This document shows, piece by piece, positions 20,350 through 33,800 of a DNA stretch of 64,000 bases. The translations under genes and the position numbers were made by a program. The notes under the pieces are model-generated. The model was not told the origin of the DNA. It searched no databases and was given only the letters and a program-made list of their open reading frames with translations. Source of the DNA: Ranitomeya imitator (taxonomy: Eukaryota); contig NC_091285.1 in NCBI RefSeq assembly GCF_032444005.1, forward strand, positions 27,156,001 to 27,220,000, in the 5' to 3' direction. Within the stretch, counting starts at the first letter, position 1; each line of letters begins with the position of its first letter.

Positions 20350-22388
20350 AAAGTCTGGCCGGTGTATTTATTTCATATATCGATAGTACACGTGAAAATA
20401 AGTAACTTTGTGATATATCTCATCTTTATCCGCCAGGACTGAGCTTTCATTTTCAAAATTCTCAATTTACAGGTAAAATCTGTATTCGGTGAAGACACAT
20501 TGTTACATTACTGACAGTTGGTGCTGATAAGATTCTATGTAGAGGGGAGGAGCTACAGGATGAACTCTTTCCCCCTCCCCTCTACATGGGGAGGGGCTAA
20601 AGGCCGAACTCTTTCCCCTCCTGTCTCCATGGGGAGGAGCTAAAGCTGAACTCTTTCCCCTCCTGTCTACATGGGGAGGAGCTAAAGGCTGAACTCTTTC
20701 CCCTCCTGTCTACATGGGGAGGAGCTAAAGGCTGAACTCTTTCCCCTCCTGTCTACATGGGGAGGAGCTAAAGGCTGAACTCTTTCCCCTCCTGTCTACA
20801 TGGGGAGGAGCTAAAGCTGAACTCATTTCCCTCCTGTCTACATGGGGAGGAGCTAAAGGCTGAACTTATTTCCCTCCTGTCTCCATGGGGAGGAGCTAAA
20901 GGCTGAACTCTTTCCCCTCCTGTCTACAGGGGGAGGAGCTAAAGGCTGAACTCTTTCCCCTCCTGTCTACATGGGGAGGAGCTAAAGGCTGAACTCTTTC
21001 CCCTCCTGTCTACATGGGGAGGAGCTAAAGGCTGAACTCTTTCCCCTCCTGTCTACATGGGGAGGAGCTAAAGCTGAACTCATTTCCCTCCTGTCTACAT
21101 GGGGAGGAGCTAAAGGCTGAACTCATTTCCCTCCTGTCTCCATGGGGAGGAGCTAAAGCTGAACTCATTTCCCTCCTGTCTACATGGGGAGGAGCTAAAG
21201 GCTGAACTCATTTCCCTCCTGTCTCCATGGGGAGGAGCTAAAGCTGAACTCTTTCCCCTCCTGTCTACATGGGGAGGAGCTAAAGCTGAACTCATTTCCC
21301 TCCTGTCTACATGGGGAGAAGCTAAAGGCTGAACTCATTTCCCTCCTGTCTCCATGGGGAGGAGCTAAAGGCTGAACTCTTTCCTCTCCTGTCTCCATGG
21401 GGAGGAGCTAAAGGCTGAACTCTTTCCCCTCCTGTCTACATAGGGAGGAGCTAAAGCTGAACTCTTTCCCCTCCTGTCTACATCGGGAGGAGCTAAAGGC
21501 TGAACTCATTTCCTTCCTGTCTACATGGGGAGGAGCTAAAGCTGAACTCTTTCCCCCCCTGTCTACATGGGGAGGAGCTAAAGACTGAACTCTTTTCCCT
21601 CCTGTCTACATGGGGAGGAGCTAAAGGCTGAACTCTTTCCCCTCCTGTCTACATGGGGAGGAGCTAAAGCTGAACTCATTTCCCTCCTGTCTACATGGGG
21701 AGGAGCTAAAGCTGAACTCATTTCCCTCCTGTCTACATGGGGAGGAGCTAAAGCTGAACTCATTTCCCTCCTGTCTACATGGGGAGGAGCTAAAGCTGAA
21801 CTCTTTCCTCTCCTGTCTACAGGGGGAGGAGCTAAAGGCTGAACTCTTTCCCCTCCTGTCTACATTGGGAGGAGCTAAAGGCTGAACTCTTTCCCCTCCT
21901 GTCTACAGGGGGAGGAGCTAAAGGCTAAACTCTTTCCCCTCCTGTCTACATTGGGAGGAGCTAAAGGCTGAACTCTTTCCCCTCCTGTCTACAGGGGGAG
22001 GAGCTAAAGGCTGAACTCTTTCCCCTCCTGTCTACAGGGGGAGGAGCTAAAGGCTGAACTCTTTCCCCTCCTGTCTACAGGGGGAGGAGCTAAAGGCTGA
22101 ACTCTTTCCCCTCCTGTCTCCATGGGGAGGATCTAAAGGCTGAACTCTTTCCCCTCCTGTCTACATAGAATTTTATCAGCACCAACTGCCTTCTCCTATC
22201 TCTGTAATATAATAGTCTGTGCTCACTCGATACAGATTTTACACCGGAATTCCGAATTTTGAAAATGAAAGTTCAGTCCAGGAGGAGAAATAAGCAGATT
22301 TTTCTGATAAGATATATTGCAAAGTTGGTCAATTTCACGTGTACTATTGATTTATGAAATAAAAATTAAAATGATGGTTACTCTTTAA
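20350..22388. mobile_element. T2/Kolobok-type MITE with long imperfect inverted arms enclosing the 43-bp array
   Basis: The left arm tttcatatatcgatagtacacgtgaaaataagtaactttg...gacagttggtgctgataagattctatgtaga is the reverse complement of the right arm tctacatagaattttatcagcaccaactg...atttcacgtgtactattgatttatgaaa...ggttactctttaa. Confidence 0.85.
20545..22168. repeat. 42-43-bp minisatellite (ggggaggagctaaaggctgaactctttcccctcctgtctacat), about 37 copies, inside a MITE
   Basis: Direct periodicity; the array is flanked by the inverted arms of the element at 20350-22388. Confidence 0.97.
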
Positions 22389-24499
22389 CGTTCCATTCAC
22401 TGACCGCAACAATTTTTCCATTCACTGACCGCAAGCATGCATCATGAAGACAAGGAGGAGTTAGGATATTTTATGTAAAATTGGAAATTTCTTCTAATTA
22501 TCTATCTATCTATGGTATAACATGTGAGATGATAGCGCGCGCCTGTTTTCTGTACAGAACGCCTATAATCGTGTTCTAATTTATTATCAGAAGTGATCGA
22601 CGCTTGAATTTTGTGCAAATTGTTCCAATAATGCGTCCTGGATCAGCGACCGAATAAAGAACAGTCTTTATTATGGCGATTCGATTCTTCTCTGGATTAT
22701 TTTGGATGGTTGTCCTCTCAGTCTGATAGAAGAGTCGGCTCATCTCCCGAAACCTGGTGAAACCTTACGGAAATTGGCAATTTGGGAAATATTTCCTAAT
22801 CTCGATTTCTCAAAGAAGTGGAGAATAGACAACCAATCAGAGCGCAGCTTTCATTTCTTCCACTGCTCAGGCAAAATGAAAGCGGTTGTGTGATTGGTTG
22901 CTATAGGCCTGTCCCAGATCAGCCATGACGGCTCTTACACACCGAGTACAGCCAATGACATAACTTTAAATTCAAGGGTCCTAATTCCAAATATCCAAAA
23001 TGGCCCCCCAACTATAGCGAGTCTTTAACCTCTTCCTGACATGTTCGTCAATTCGGGTGAGGTGCCCATCGCTTTTCCCCTGCTATGGAAATATTGGGTT
23101 GCCATAGCAGCCAGAGGCCTACTAAAGGCCCCCACCTCCACCATCTTGGCCCTTCTGTGAAGCCTGGACCCCTATATACCACAATATAACCGATAAAACA
23201 AGTCCTAAAAGTACTAAAAAAAAAAAAAAAAAAACCATTTTAGTATCGTGATGTCAGTAAAATGAAAATATAAAAATAACACACACGGAATTTTGTTTTA
23301 GGTGGTCAAAAAACAAAGGTTTTCTAATGGAGACCTCTTGTTTTGGATAGTTTTAGGAGGAGTTTGGGGTTTCCTGAGGCAGTTTTGATTTTTTTGGGGG
23401 TATGGCCTTTAAGACGCCAGCGCACCCGACAACGTTTTATATAGGTGACGCCACTTCAGGAAAAATCCAGTTGTGTTTTTCATGAAGCGACTTTGCTGGT
23501 GGTTTCGCCATCGCTTTTTCAAGGGCTCAGCCGCCGGGGGACATTGCCTAATTTGGAGCATTTTCCAACAGAAAGTGTTTTTTTTTTTTTTTTACAATAG
23601 AAATGAATAGGACCCGCTGCCAACGACTAAAACAAAAAAAAACTCCACTGTACTCCTTACGGTACATATGATATGATACTACGATTTTCCTACCGGGATC
23701 AAAAAAAAAGGGTAGAATTGTAGTAAATACCATAATGGAGGGAAAAAAAAAATCCAAATTTTACATTTTTTGGAGCATCGCGCGTCCCCTCCCCCCCAAA
23801 ACAAATGCAATAAAATATTGTACATACGCCGAAATCTAAAAGATTCTGATCTCAGAAAATGGCGTCACACACCCCAATTTTTTATTATTTTTTTTTTGGG
23901 GGGGGCATAGTTCCGTATGTGTAAAAATGTTGGTTGTGCAGAATTTATACACGTCATGCCCATCAATGTGAAAAGAACAGTGTTTATTAGGGTCTCCGCC
24001 TGGAATCTGGGGGTCCGCACTGTGGGTATCATGTACGAGGCGAATTAAACACATACTAGATATACTGGTATCTCTAAATATCTATTGCTGGCTGTAGAAT
24101 GAGTTAACTGAGGATCCGTCAGTGAGCTCCTAATGATGGTCTGACAGGAGAGTTTATGAGGACTCTCTTCTCTGTCTTTTTCTGAGTTATCACCACAGAT
24201 CACATTAAAGTTGATTAAATAATTAGTTTTAGCTCCAATTACATGCATTTAGGTAAATAATCCTTTAATGTGGACCACCCCTTTTAGACAGAGGATTTGG
24301 GGGGCTCATGACATTCAGGCCATGGGCATTACTTTGCTGAAATTCTTCTGGTAGCCGGTAGGTGTCTCACTCCTTGTTACAAGCTTTGGCGGTATCAGCA
24401 CACAAAATGCTAGACCTCTCTAGACAGGTGAGAGTCTATGGTAAGGTCATGTGATCAGCTCCTTCGGTTACCAAGGATACGAGAATAAGCGGAAAAACT

Positions 24500-24884
24500 A
24501 TAACCACCTCTATCACGTGATCACGCTGTGTAAATCGATTCTGAGAAGATTCGTCATTTACTCCGTTCGCGGATAGGTCAGTGATTAAATTAATATTCGC
24601 CTTGTTTACTTATCGTGACGTAATTATCGGGCTCTAAAGTGTGCTTGTAAAACTTAAATGAGAGGAGAGTATTTTTTTGTAATAGCATTTTGTGGCGAAT
24701 GTGCGAGCGAGAATGGTCAGAAGCGACATTTGCGCGGGATGTTTGAGCAGCTCAGTCAGTGGCGGCTGGGACGTACAGAGAGCGGGTCTGCGTCTGCGGG
24801 GCACCGGGGGCGGCCAGAGCCGGGGGTGAGCGCTCATAGAGGGGGCTGCTAAGAAGGAAAGTGTCTGCTCTCAGTCTCCGCACT
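24500..24884 (+). promoter_or_regulatory. RAD51AP1 promoter/5' UTR with CDE/CHR-like element
   Basis: CpG-rich DNA upstream of the ATG. It contains TCACGTGA at 24513 and CGCGG-gatg-TTTGAG at 24733-24747, overlapping the E2F-like GCGCGGGA. Confidence 0.6.
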
Positions 24885-27800
24885 ATGGACAGGCCGGCCA
24901 GGTGAGCGATTCACCCCTCCATGTAGCTTTTTTTTTTTACTTTTTCTGCGGGCAGTGATTGCCAGCCACGTACACACTGCGGGCGGTGATTGGCAGCCAC
25001 GTGCACACTGCGGGCAGTGATTGGCAGCCACGTGCACACTGCGGTCAGTGATTGGCAGCCACGTGCACACTGCGGTCAGTGATTGGCAGCCACGTGCACA
25101 CTGCGGTCAGTGATTGGCAGCCACGTACACACTGCGGTCAGTGATTGGCAGCCACGTACACACTGCGGGCGGTGATTGGCAGCCACGTACACACTGCGGT
25201 CAGTGATTGGCAGCCACGTACACACTGCGGTCAGTGATTGGCAGCCACGTACACACTGCGGTCAGTGATTGGCAGCCACGTGCACACTGCGGTCAGTGAT
25301 TGGCAGCCACGTACACACTGCGGTCAGTGATTGGCAGCCACGTACACACTGCGGGCAGTGATTGGCAGCCACGTGCACACTGCGGTCAGTGATTGGCAGC
25401 CTCGTACACACTGCGGGCAGTGATTGGCAGCCACGTGCACACTGCGGTCAGTGATTGGCAGCCACGTACACACTGCGGGCAGTGATTGGCAGCCACGTGC
25501 ACACTGCGGTCAGTGATTGGCAGCCACGTACACACTGCGGGCAGTGATTGGCAGCCACGTGCACACTGCGGTCAGTGATTGGCAGCCTCGTATACACTGC
25601 GGGCAGTGATTGGCAGCCACGTACACACTGCGGTTAGTGATTGGCAGCCACGTACACACTGCGGTCAGTGATTGGCAGCCACGTACACACTGCGGGCAGT
25701 GATTGGCAGCCATGTACACACTGCGGGCAGTGATTGGCAGCCTCGTACACACTGCGGGCAGTGATTGGCAGCCTCGTACACACTGCGGGCAGTGATTGGC
25801 AGCCACGTACACACTGCGGGCAGTGATTGGCAGCCTCGTACACACTGCGGTCAGTGATTGGCAGCCTCGTACACACTGCGGTCAGCGATTGGCAGCCACG
25901 TACACACTGCGGTCAGGGCAGCCACGTACACACTGCGGTTAGCGATTGGCAGCCTCGTACACACTGCGGTCAGTGATTGGCAGCCTCGTACACACTGCGG
26001 TCAGTGATTGGCAGCCTCGTACACACTGCGGTCAGTGATTGGCAGCCTCGTACACACTGCGGTCAGTGATTGGCAGCCTCGTACACACTGCGGTCAGTGA
26101 TTGGCAGCCACGTACACACTGCGGTCAGGGCAGCCACGTACACACTGCGGTTAGCGATTGGCAGCCTCGTACACACTGCGGTCAGCGATTGGCAGCCACG
26201 TGCACACTGCGGCCAGCGATTGGCAGCCACGTGCACACTGCGGTCAGCGATTGGCAGCCACGTGCACACTGCGGTCAGCGATTGGCAGCCACGTGCACAC
26301 TGCGGTCAGCGATTGGCAGCCACGTGCACACTGCGGTCAGCGATTGGCAGCCACGTGCACACTGCGGTCAGCGATTGGCAGCCACGTGCACACTGCGGTC
26401 AGCGATTGGCAGCCACGTGCACACTGCGGTCAGCGATTGGCAGCCACGTGCACACTGCGGTCAGCGATTGGCAGCCACGTACACACTGCGGTCAGTGATT
26501 GGGTTCTCCTTAAAGTCACCGCTTCGCTCTGCTCTTACTCCATCATGTAATTAACTCGGAGTCTAAATGATATTTTTCAGGAATAAAAAATCAGTGGATT
26601 ATTCCCAGTTTTTGGACCTGGAAGATGACGGTAAGTGACAAATATACCGTAATGTTTGTGATCTGCCATCTTGGGGTTCGTCCACACGGGTCAACTCACT
26701 TGTAGTTGCCTTCTGAGATAATCTGTTATTAAAGCGCACCTGTAGTTTCAGTTAAACGCGTTCCTACCTGTGCATGAAGATGATGTTTCTGGCCATTACA
26801 GACTCAAATCCTGCATTTTTCTCCGATTTTCCGCTCTGCAGGCTCTATCTCATAATTTTCATATTGTCTCTGAGCTGGTGGGGTGAGACCAGCTGCTATG
26901 ATCTCTCCCATACACAGCACACACAGATATGAGTGATTCTTGCTCTCCTGTCTCTGTCGCACATGTTCAGCATCAACAGCAGAATGAAGGACATTATACA
27001 GCTGTACTGAGCAGTGTAGATGTAAATCCAGCTCTGGGATTATATAAACACTTACTGGAAAGCAGCAGCCCTTAGTGTCTATCTTTCCTCTATAGACTTG
27101 AGAAGCAGCTGTAATCTGATCCCTCAGTCTTTCTGTGAGCAAGACGGATTCTCTTTTTATCTCCTTAAGTAGAAAGAAGCCGATTTGTCTGATCAGATGT
27201 ATTACAAAGTTTCTCCTATTTGCCTTTACTACTAATGAATTACGCAACATTTTGTTGCACGGATATATATATATATATATATAATTATAGTTAGTTTGTT
27301 GGGTTTTTTTAATATATTTTCCAAACACTTTTTTTTTCCTTCCTGTAGATGAGGATTTTGCTTCATCGGCGCCTGTAAGTAAGAAAGCGCGAGTGGAGAC
27401 GAAGAAAGAGAGAAAGGAAAAACCAATAAAGAAAAATCACAAAGAAGAGACCATAACGACAAATTCCCAGAAAAAGAGGTGAGTGAGGTGCGCATGTCAC
27501 AGAATGGGATATTGTGTCCCCTGAGCAGACCCCCCAAGGATCGGACCCCTGTCGTGTATTGTGGCCACAGCACAATGACTGGGGGGGGGGCTTGGAGTGA
27601 CGCTAGTGCACGTGGGGGAGAACAAATACGGAAGTGACTGCAACTTGCTGGGCGGCAGATTATTGTCTGGACAGCTGTATCACCGGGCGTGCACTAGCGT
27701 CTCACCATGGGAAGAAGAATATTGCTGGACTGCCCCTTTAAAGGTATTTCATGCTAAATGTCCATGTAGTCTGACAACCACTTTTCTAATATACTTTTAT

Positions 27801-30800
27801 TAAATGTTCCCTCTTTACTCTTTTATACTTCCCATAACGTTTCATTTGAGAATCCCCAGTGCATGCTGGTATACTCGAACAGGACGTCATCAGGGGACCA
27901 GGGCTTCGATCACTGCTGCAGGTGCTATGCCTTCTCTGAAACAAAGCGGCGTCATCAGTGACGACTGCTTAACTGAGCATGTGCTGACTGTCAATTCCAA
28001 CGCATGCTCAGTATGTTCCCTTGATTCCATAGTGACAGTGCGCTCCCTCGTCGGCTCTAAAGTGAAGTGACGATCCAGTGAGAGAGCGCACTGTCAGTGC
28101 AAATTGTAAAGGAAAGAATACCGCAATCAGGGAGAACAGAGACCATCCCCCTAAATAGATGTGACTGATAATACTCCATTTCAGGGTGGGGAAAGGAGCT
28201 GAGGCAGTGATCGAAGCCACGGTCCCCTAATCAGGTCCTGTTTGGTATCCCAGCATGCACTAGGGATTCTAAAGTCATTTGATGTTACAATAGAAGGAAC
28301 AGTGAGGAATTTTTAATTGAAGTAGATTGGAGAAGTGGTTACATTATTGAATTAAATAAAAAGACATTTAGTCTGAAATTCACCTTTTGGTTTCAGGCCT
28401 CCCCTTTAAGGTGGTAGAATGAGTTTAGCATTGTGCGGATTACTACGATTTGTCACATTTCAGGTATAGTCAGGTTTCCACTTTGATCGGTGTTTTTTTT
28501 TTGCCTTTCGCCCAGGCTGCCTCTAGAAGACAAGCTGTATCAGCGAGATTTAGAAGTGGCTTTGGCGCTGTCGGCGAAGGAGACGTCCGCCATTATAGAG
28601 AATGATGAGAATATTCCCAGGAATGGTATATATATTTATTTATTATTTATCGATTCATGTTCGGGGCCTGCAAGAAAGTATTGAAGAAAACTGCTCATTA
28701 AAGGGGTTAAAATGATCTGTGGAGGTCCGACCGCTGGGATCTATTATGGGGGGGTACTTTTATACATCTGTGATGGAGCCCATGTTTTTCTGGCAGCCTC
28801 GGTCGGACCCCCGCCGGTCAGCAAGTGATCACCTATACTGTTGATAATTGATAGTATAGTGAGCCCACTGTGACTCACGGCTGTCAAGGGGATCATGCTG
28901 CCACTACTACTGCGCCCATACAATCGCCGGCAGGATGATGGGAGTAATCACAGCCTCAACCTGGACCGTTAACCCCCCCCCAAATTTGTGTGATGTCTTA
29001 TCCAGAAGCTCCAGAAGACCCCTATCGGTTTATTAAAGATCCCGACGTGTCCGAAGCGTCCTTCTCAAATTGCAGCGTTGACAGCAGCACGCTTGGTAAG
29101 TGTTGTTTTTTGGAAGGGCTTTAAATATGGAATCCTACTAGTGTGATGATGGAGCTTTGCTTTCTGCTTTCCTCCTCCACAGGTCTGGACGAGATCACAG
29201 ACGATAATGAAGACCCCGGTAGAGGTAGAGACCACCGGCAAGCTGCTTCTAAAGCCATCACCGAGCAGAGGAAACTCCTGACGGAAGAAAGCGGGGATGA
29301 AGAGGATGCCGATGAGTTTAATCCAGATACAATGGCGGGTATGTACACAGTATGAGTAGTAGGGAAATCATCCTATGTCCTGACATGTACATGTTTACAC
29401 CTGCAGATGGCAGGACTATAGAATGCGCGGCTGCACAGGGTACAGAGATGACTGCTACTTGTATAGTCTGGGAGTACAGGCATCATTATTATATACCAAT
29501 CTGACTCCTGCCCTCCCCACCCATCAGCTGACTTAAAGGGGTTGTTTATATTGGTGGTCTATTCCTGGGATAGGTCATCAGGATGAGATTGGTGAAGGTC
29601 TGACATCTGGCACCGCCACCGATCAGCTGCTACGGGATGTACTGTGCCGGTACAACAAAGCTGCATATGCTACGTCGTGGCAGTTCTCCGCTACTGCAGC
29701 TCTGCTTAATTGGAGTGTGGGACCTGGTAACAGCTGATCCTTGGGGTGTGGGACCTGATAACAGCTGATCCTTGGGGTGTGGGACCTGGTAACAGCTGAT
29801 CCTTGGGGTGTGGGACCTGGTAACTGCTGATCCTTGGGGTGTGGGACCTGGTAGCAGCTGATCCTTGGGGTGTGGGACCTGATAACAGCTGATCCTTGGG
29901 GTGTGGGACCTGGTAACAGCTGATCCTTGGGGTGTGGGACCTGGTAACTGCTGATCCTTGGGGTGTGGGACCTGGTAGCAGCTGATCCTTGGGGTGTGGG
30001 ACCTGGTAACAGATGATCCTTGGGGTGTGTGACCTGGTAACTGCTGATCCTTGGGGTGTGGGACCTGGTAACAGCTGATCCTTGGGGTGTGGGACCTGAT
30101 AACAGCTGATCCTTGGGGTGTGGGACCTGGTAACAGCTGATCCTTGGGGTGTGGGACCTGGTAGCAGCTGATCCTTGGGGTGTGGGACCTGGTAAAAGCT
30201 GATCCTTGGGGTGTGGGACCTGGTAACAGCTGATCCTTGGGGTGTGGGACCTGGTAACAGCTGATCCTTGGGGTGTGGGACCTGGTAACAGCTGATCCTT
30301 GGGGTGTGGGACCTGGTAACAGCTGATCCTTGGGGTGTGGGACCTGGTAGCAGCTGATCCTTGGGGTGTGGGACCTGGTAGCAGCTGATCCTTGGGGTGT
30401 GGGACCTGGTAGCAGCTGATCCTTGGGGTGTGGGACCTGGTAGCAGCAGATCCTTGGGGTGTGGGACCTGGTAGCAGCTGATGCTTGGGGTGTGGGATCT
30501 GATAACAGCTGATCCTTGGGGTGTGGGATCTGGTAACAGCTGATCCTAGGGGTGTGGGACCTGGTAGCAGCTGATGCTTGGGGTGTGGGATCTGGTAACA
30601 GCTGATCCTTGGGGTGTGGGACCTGGTAACAGCTGATCCTTGGGGTGTGGAACATGGTAACAGATGATCCTTGGGGTGTGGGACCTGGTAACAGATGATC
30701 CTTGGTGTGTGGGACCTGGTAACAAGCTGATCCTTGGGGTGTGGGATCTGGTAACAGATGATCCTTGGGGTGTGGGATCTGGTAACATGATCCTTGGGGT

Positions 30801-33800
30801 GTGGGATCTGGTAACAGATGATTTTTGAGGTGTTGAACCGATCTGATACCGATGACCCATCCACGGCTCAGGTAACCAATATCAAACACTCACATTCTTT
30901 TCTACCTTGATTTCTTGTATTTTTGCCAATAGGGATTCCTTAATTTTTAGCCGTATAGCTTCTACATCTTGTATGTGTCACAGTACATAGCAGAATGAGG
31001 TGCAGGTGATCCGTCCGAAAGCTGCGACTATTATCTTCTAACCTGATAAAAGTTGATCTTTGATGAATCCATAATTTTCGGCTTTACAGACCCTGCGGTG
31101 GGATCGAGCTCACTGACTGATTCACTGATAACTCTGCCATCCGCTGAGTACTGTGAAACATAGAGGATGTAGAAGCCAAACGACTCGCTGTTTTTAATGA
31201 CACGCTATTACAAAAAATGCTTTTCAGCCCCCCTAAAAGAAACCCCTACATCCAATTAAGCAAAACCCGTCCGCCTGCCTTCTGTTTTTGCAGTCGGGGA
31301 CTCTGAGAGCGACGGGAGTTTTAGCGACGAAGATGAAGAATTTGAAGTTAAAAAATCTAAGAAAGCGTCAACCAAGAAAGATACTAAACAAAAGGCAAAC
31401 GGCGGAAAAAAGGAGAAGAGTGTGACACCAAAAGCGGGTGAGGAGCGGAGACGGGGTCTGCGTCATTGGAGCCGTCAGATTGTTGGATGTCTCCTGCCAT
31501 CACTGTCACATATTGTAGGATAATGCTGGAGGTTTTCTCATTATGTTGACAAATTCTATGATGTACCCCAACAATATAGCTGTACATCTACATATATATC
31601 AGTGTAGGAAGAGTCTAAGGGTCCGGCGGGGTGGGCTGCATATCCAACTGAAAAGGACATTATGGAAAGACCTAATAGGAAGAGCCTTGTGTCTGTCGCT
31701 CTGAGCCTCCAGTTTGCTGAGAGAAACTGACAAGGTTTCTCTCCTCAGTGGTTCACACACTGGTCCTTATCCGATTCTGAGGTAGTCACAGTATATGTGT
31801 GTGTGTGTTCTAGTATGTAGTCTAATTGTCACCACATACAGGATTATAACACCTCTATATAGAATAGATAACACAGGATTCACAATAGGTGATATCACAG
31901 CTCACCTCCTCCTGTACAATGAGTGATAACACCTCTATATACAGTAGATAACACAGGATCCACCATTCACAATAGGTGATATCACAGCTCACCTCCTCCT
32001 CCTGTACAATAACTGATAACACCTCTATATACAGTAGATAACACAGGATCCACCATTCACAATAGGTGATGTCACAGCTCACCTCCTCCTCCTGTACAAT
32101 AACTGATAACACCTCTATATACAGTAGATAACACAGGATCCACCATTCACAATAGGTGATATCACAGCTCACCTCCTCCTCCTGTACAATAACTGATAAC
32201 ACCTCTATATACAGTAGATAACACAGGATCCACCATTCACAATAGGTGATGTCACAGCTCACCTCCTCCTGTACAATGACTGATAACGCCTCTATATACA
32301 GTAGGTAACACAGGATCCACCATTCACAATAGGTGATATCACAGCTCACCTCCTCCTCCTGTACAATGACTGATAACGCCTCTATATACAGTAGATAACA
32401 CAGGATCCATCATTCACAATAGGTGATGTCACAGCTCACCTCCTCCTCCTCCTGTACAATGACTGATAACACCTCTATATACAGTAGATAACACAGGTTC
32501 CACCATTCACAATAGGTGATGTCACAGCTCACCTCCTCCTCCTGTACAATGACTGACAACACCTCTATATACAGTAGATAACACAGGATCCACCATTCAC
32601 AATAGGTGATGTCACAGCTCACCTCCTCCTCCTCCTGTACAATGACTGATAACACCTCTATATACAGTAGATAACACAGGTTCCACCATTCACAATAGGT
32701 GATGTCACAGCTCACCTCCTCCTCCTGTACAATGACTGACAACACCTCTATATACAGTAGATAACACAGGATCCACCATTCACAATAGGTGATATCACAG
32801 CTCACCTCCTCCTCCTGTACAATGACTGATAACACCTCTATATACAGTAGATAACACAGGTTCCACCATTCACAATAGGTGATGTCACAGCTCACCTCCT
32901 CCTCCTGTACAATGACTGATAACACCTCTATATACAGTAGATAACATAGGATCCACCATTCACAATAGGTGATGTCACAGCTCACCTCCTCCTCCTGTAC
33001 AATGACTGATAACACCTCTATATACAGTAGATAACACAGGATCCACCATTCACAATAGGTGATGTCACAGCTCACCTCCTCCTCCTGTACAATGTGGCTC
33101 CTATATTCTGTTTTTCCTGTAACTTATTTTACCTTTTATTCCTCAGTGACTGTTAACATAAAGCCGCTGGCAGCACAGAATCCCGCCGCCAGTTCTCCTG
33201 CTGCTTCTAAGGCGGCGTTACACTGTAGTCCTCCGGTGGGTGTGAAGAGACCGGCATGGACGCCTCCAGGTGAGCTCCGACAGTCACTATGGCCATGTGA
33301 GGGCTTGTTTTTACGGAACACGTTGTACTTTTGAACGACATCATTGGTTTTACCATATATTGTACCGGAAAACAAGGAAAGAAAATTCCAAGTGCCGTGA
33401 AATTGCAAGAAAAGTGCAATTCCACAATTAATTTTTGGGTTTTTTATTTTCCATGTTCAATAAATCCTAAAACTGAGCTGCCGTTATGATTCTCCAGGTC
33501 ATTACGAGTTCGCAGACACCAAACATGTCCAGGTTCTTTTTGTATTTAAGTGGTGAAAAATAAGCTTTTGCTTATGTCGCCATTTTCCGAGACCTGTAGC
33601 GTCTCCTTTTTTCGGGATCTGGGGCCGGGTGAGGACTTATTTTCTTGCTTATTTCTTCTATTTTCTGAGCTGACGTTTTTATTCCATTTTGGGGTAGACA
33701 CAATGTTTTGATTGCCTCTTTTATAACCCACTTTATAAACTGGATTTTCTGAAGGGAAGCAAAGGTTTGTGGATTTTATCTGTTCTCTGCGACCAATTTT

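Noticed and set aside
22391-22434. 19-bp direct repeat (ttccattcactgaccgcaa) with a 6-bp spacer
   Set aside because: Only two copies and no element between them; a simple local duplication.
22830-22960. Three CCAAT boxes as a distal RAD51AP1 promoter
   Set aside because: Two of them belong to an inverted repeat (aaccaatcag..ctttcattt / aaatgaaagc..tgattggtt) that looks like a MITE core, and they are 1.9 kb from the ATG.
29623-33075. 413/419-aa and Cys/Trp-rich - strand repeat ORFs
   Set aside because: They are translations of the 31-bp and 90-bp arrays, antisense within RAD51AP1 introns.
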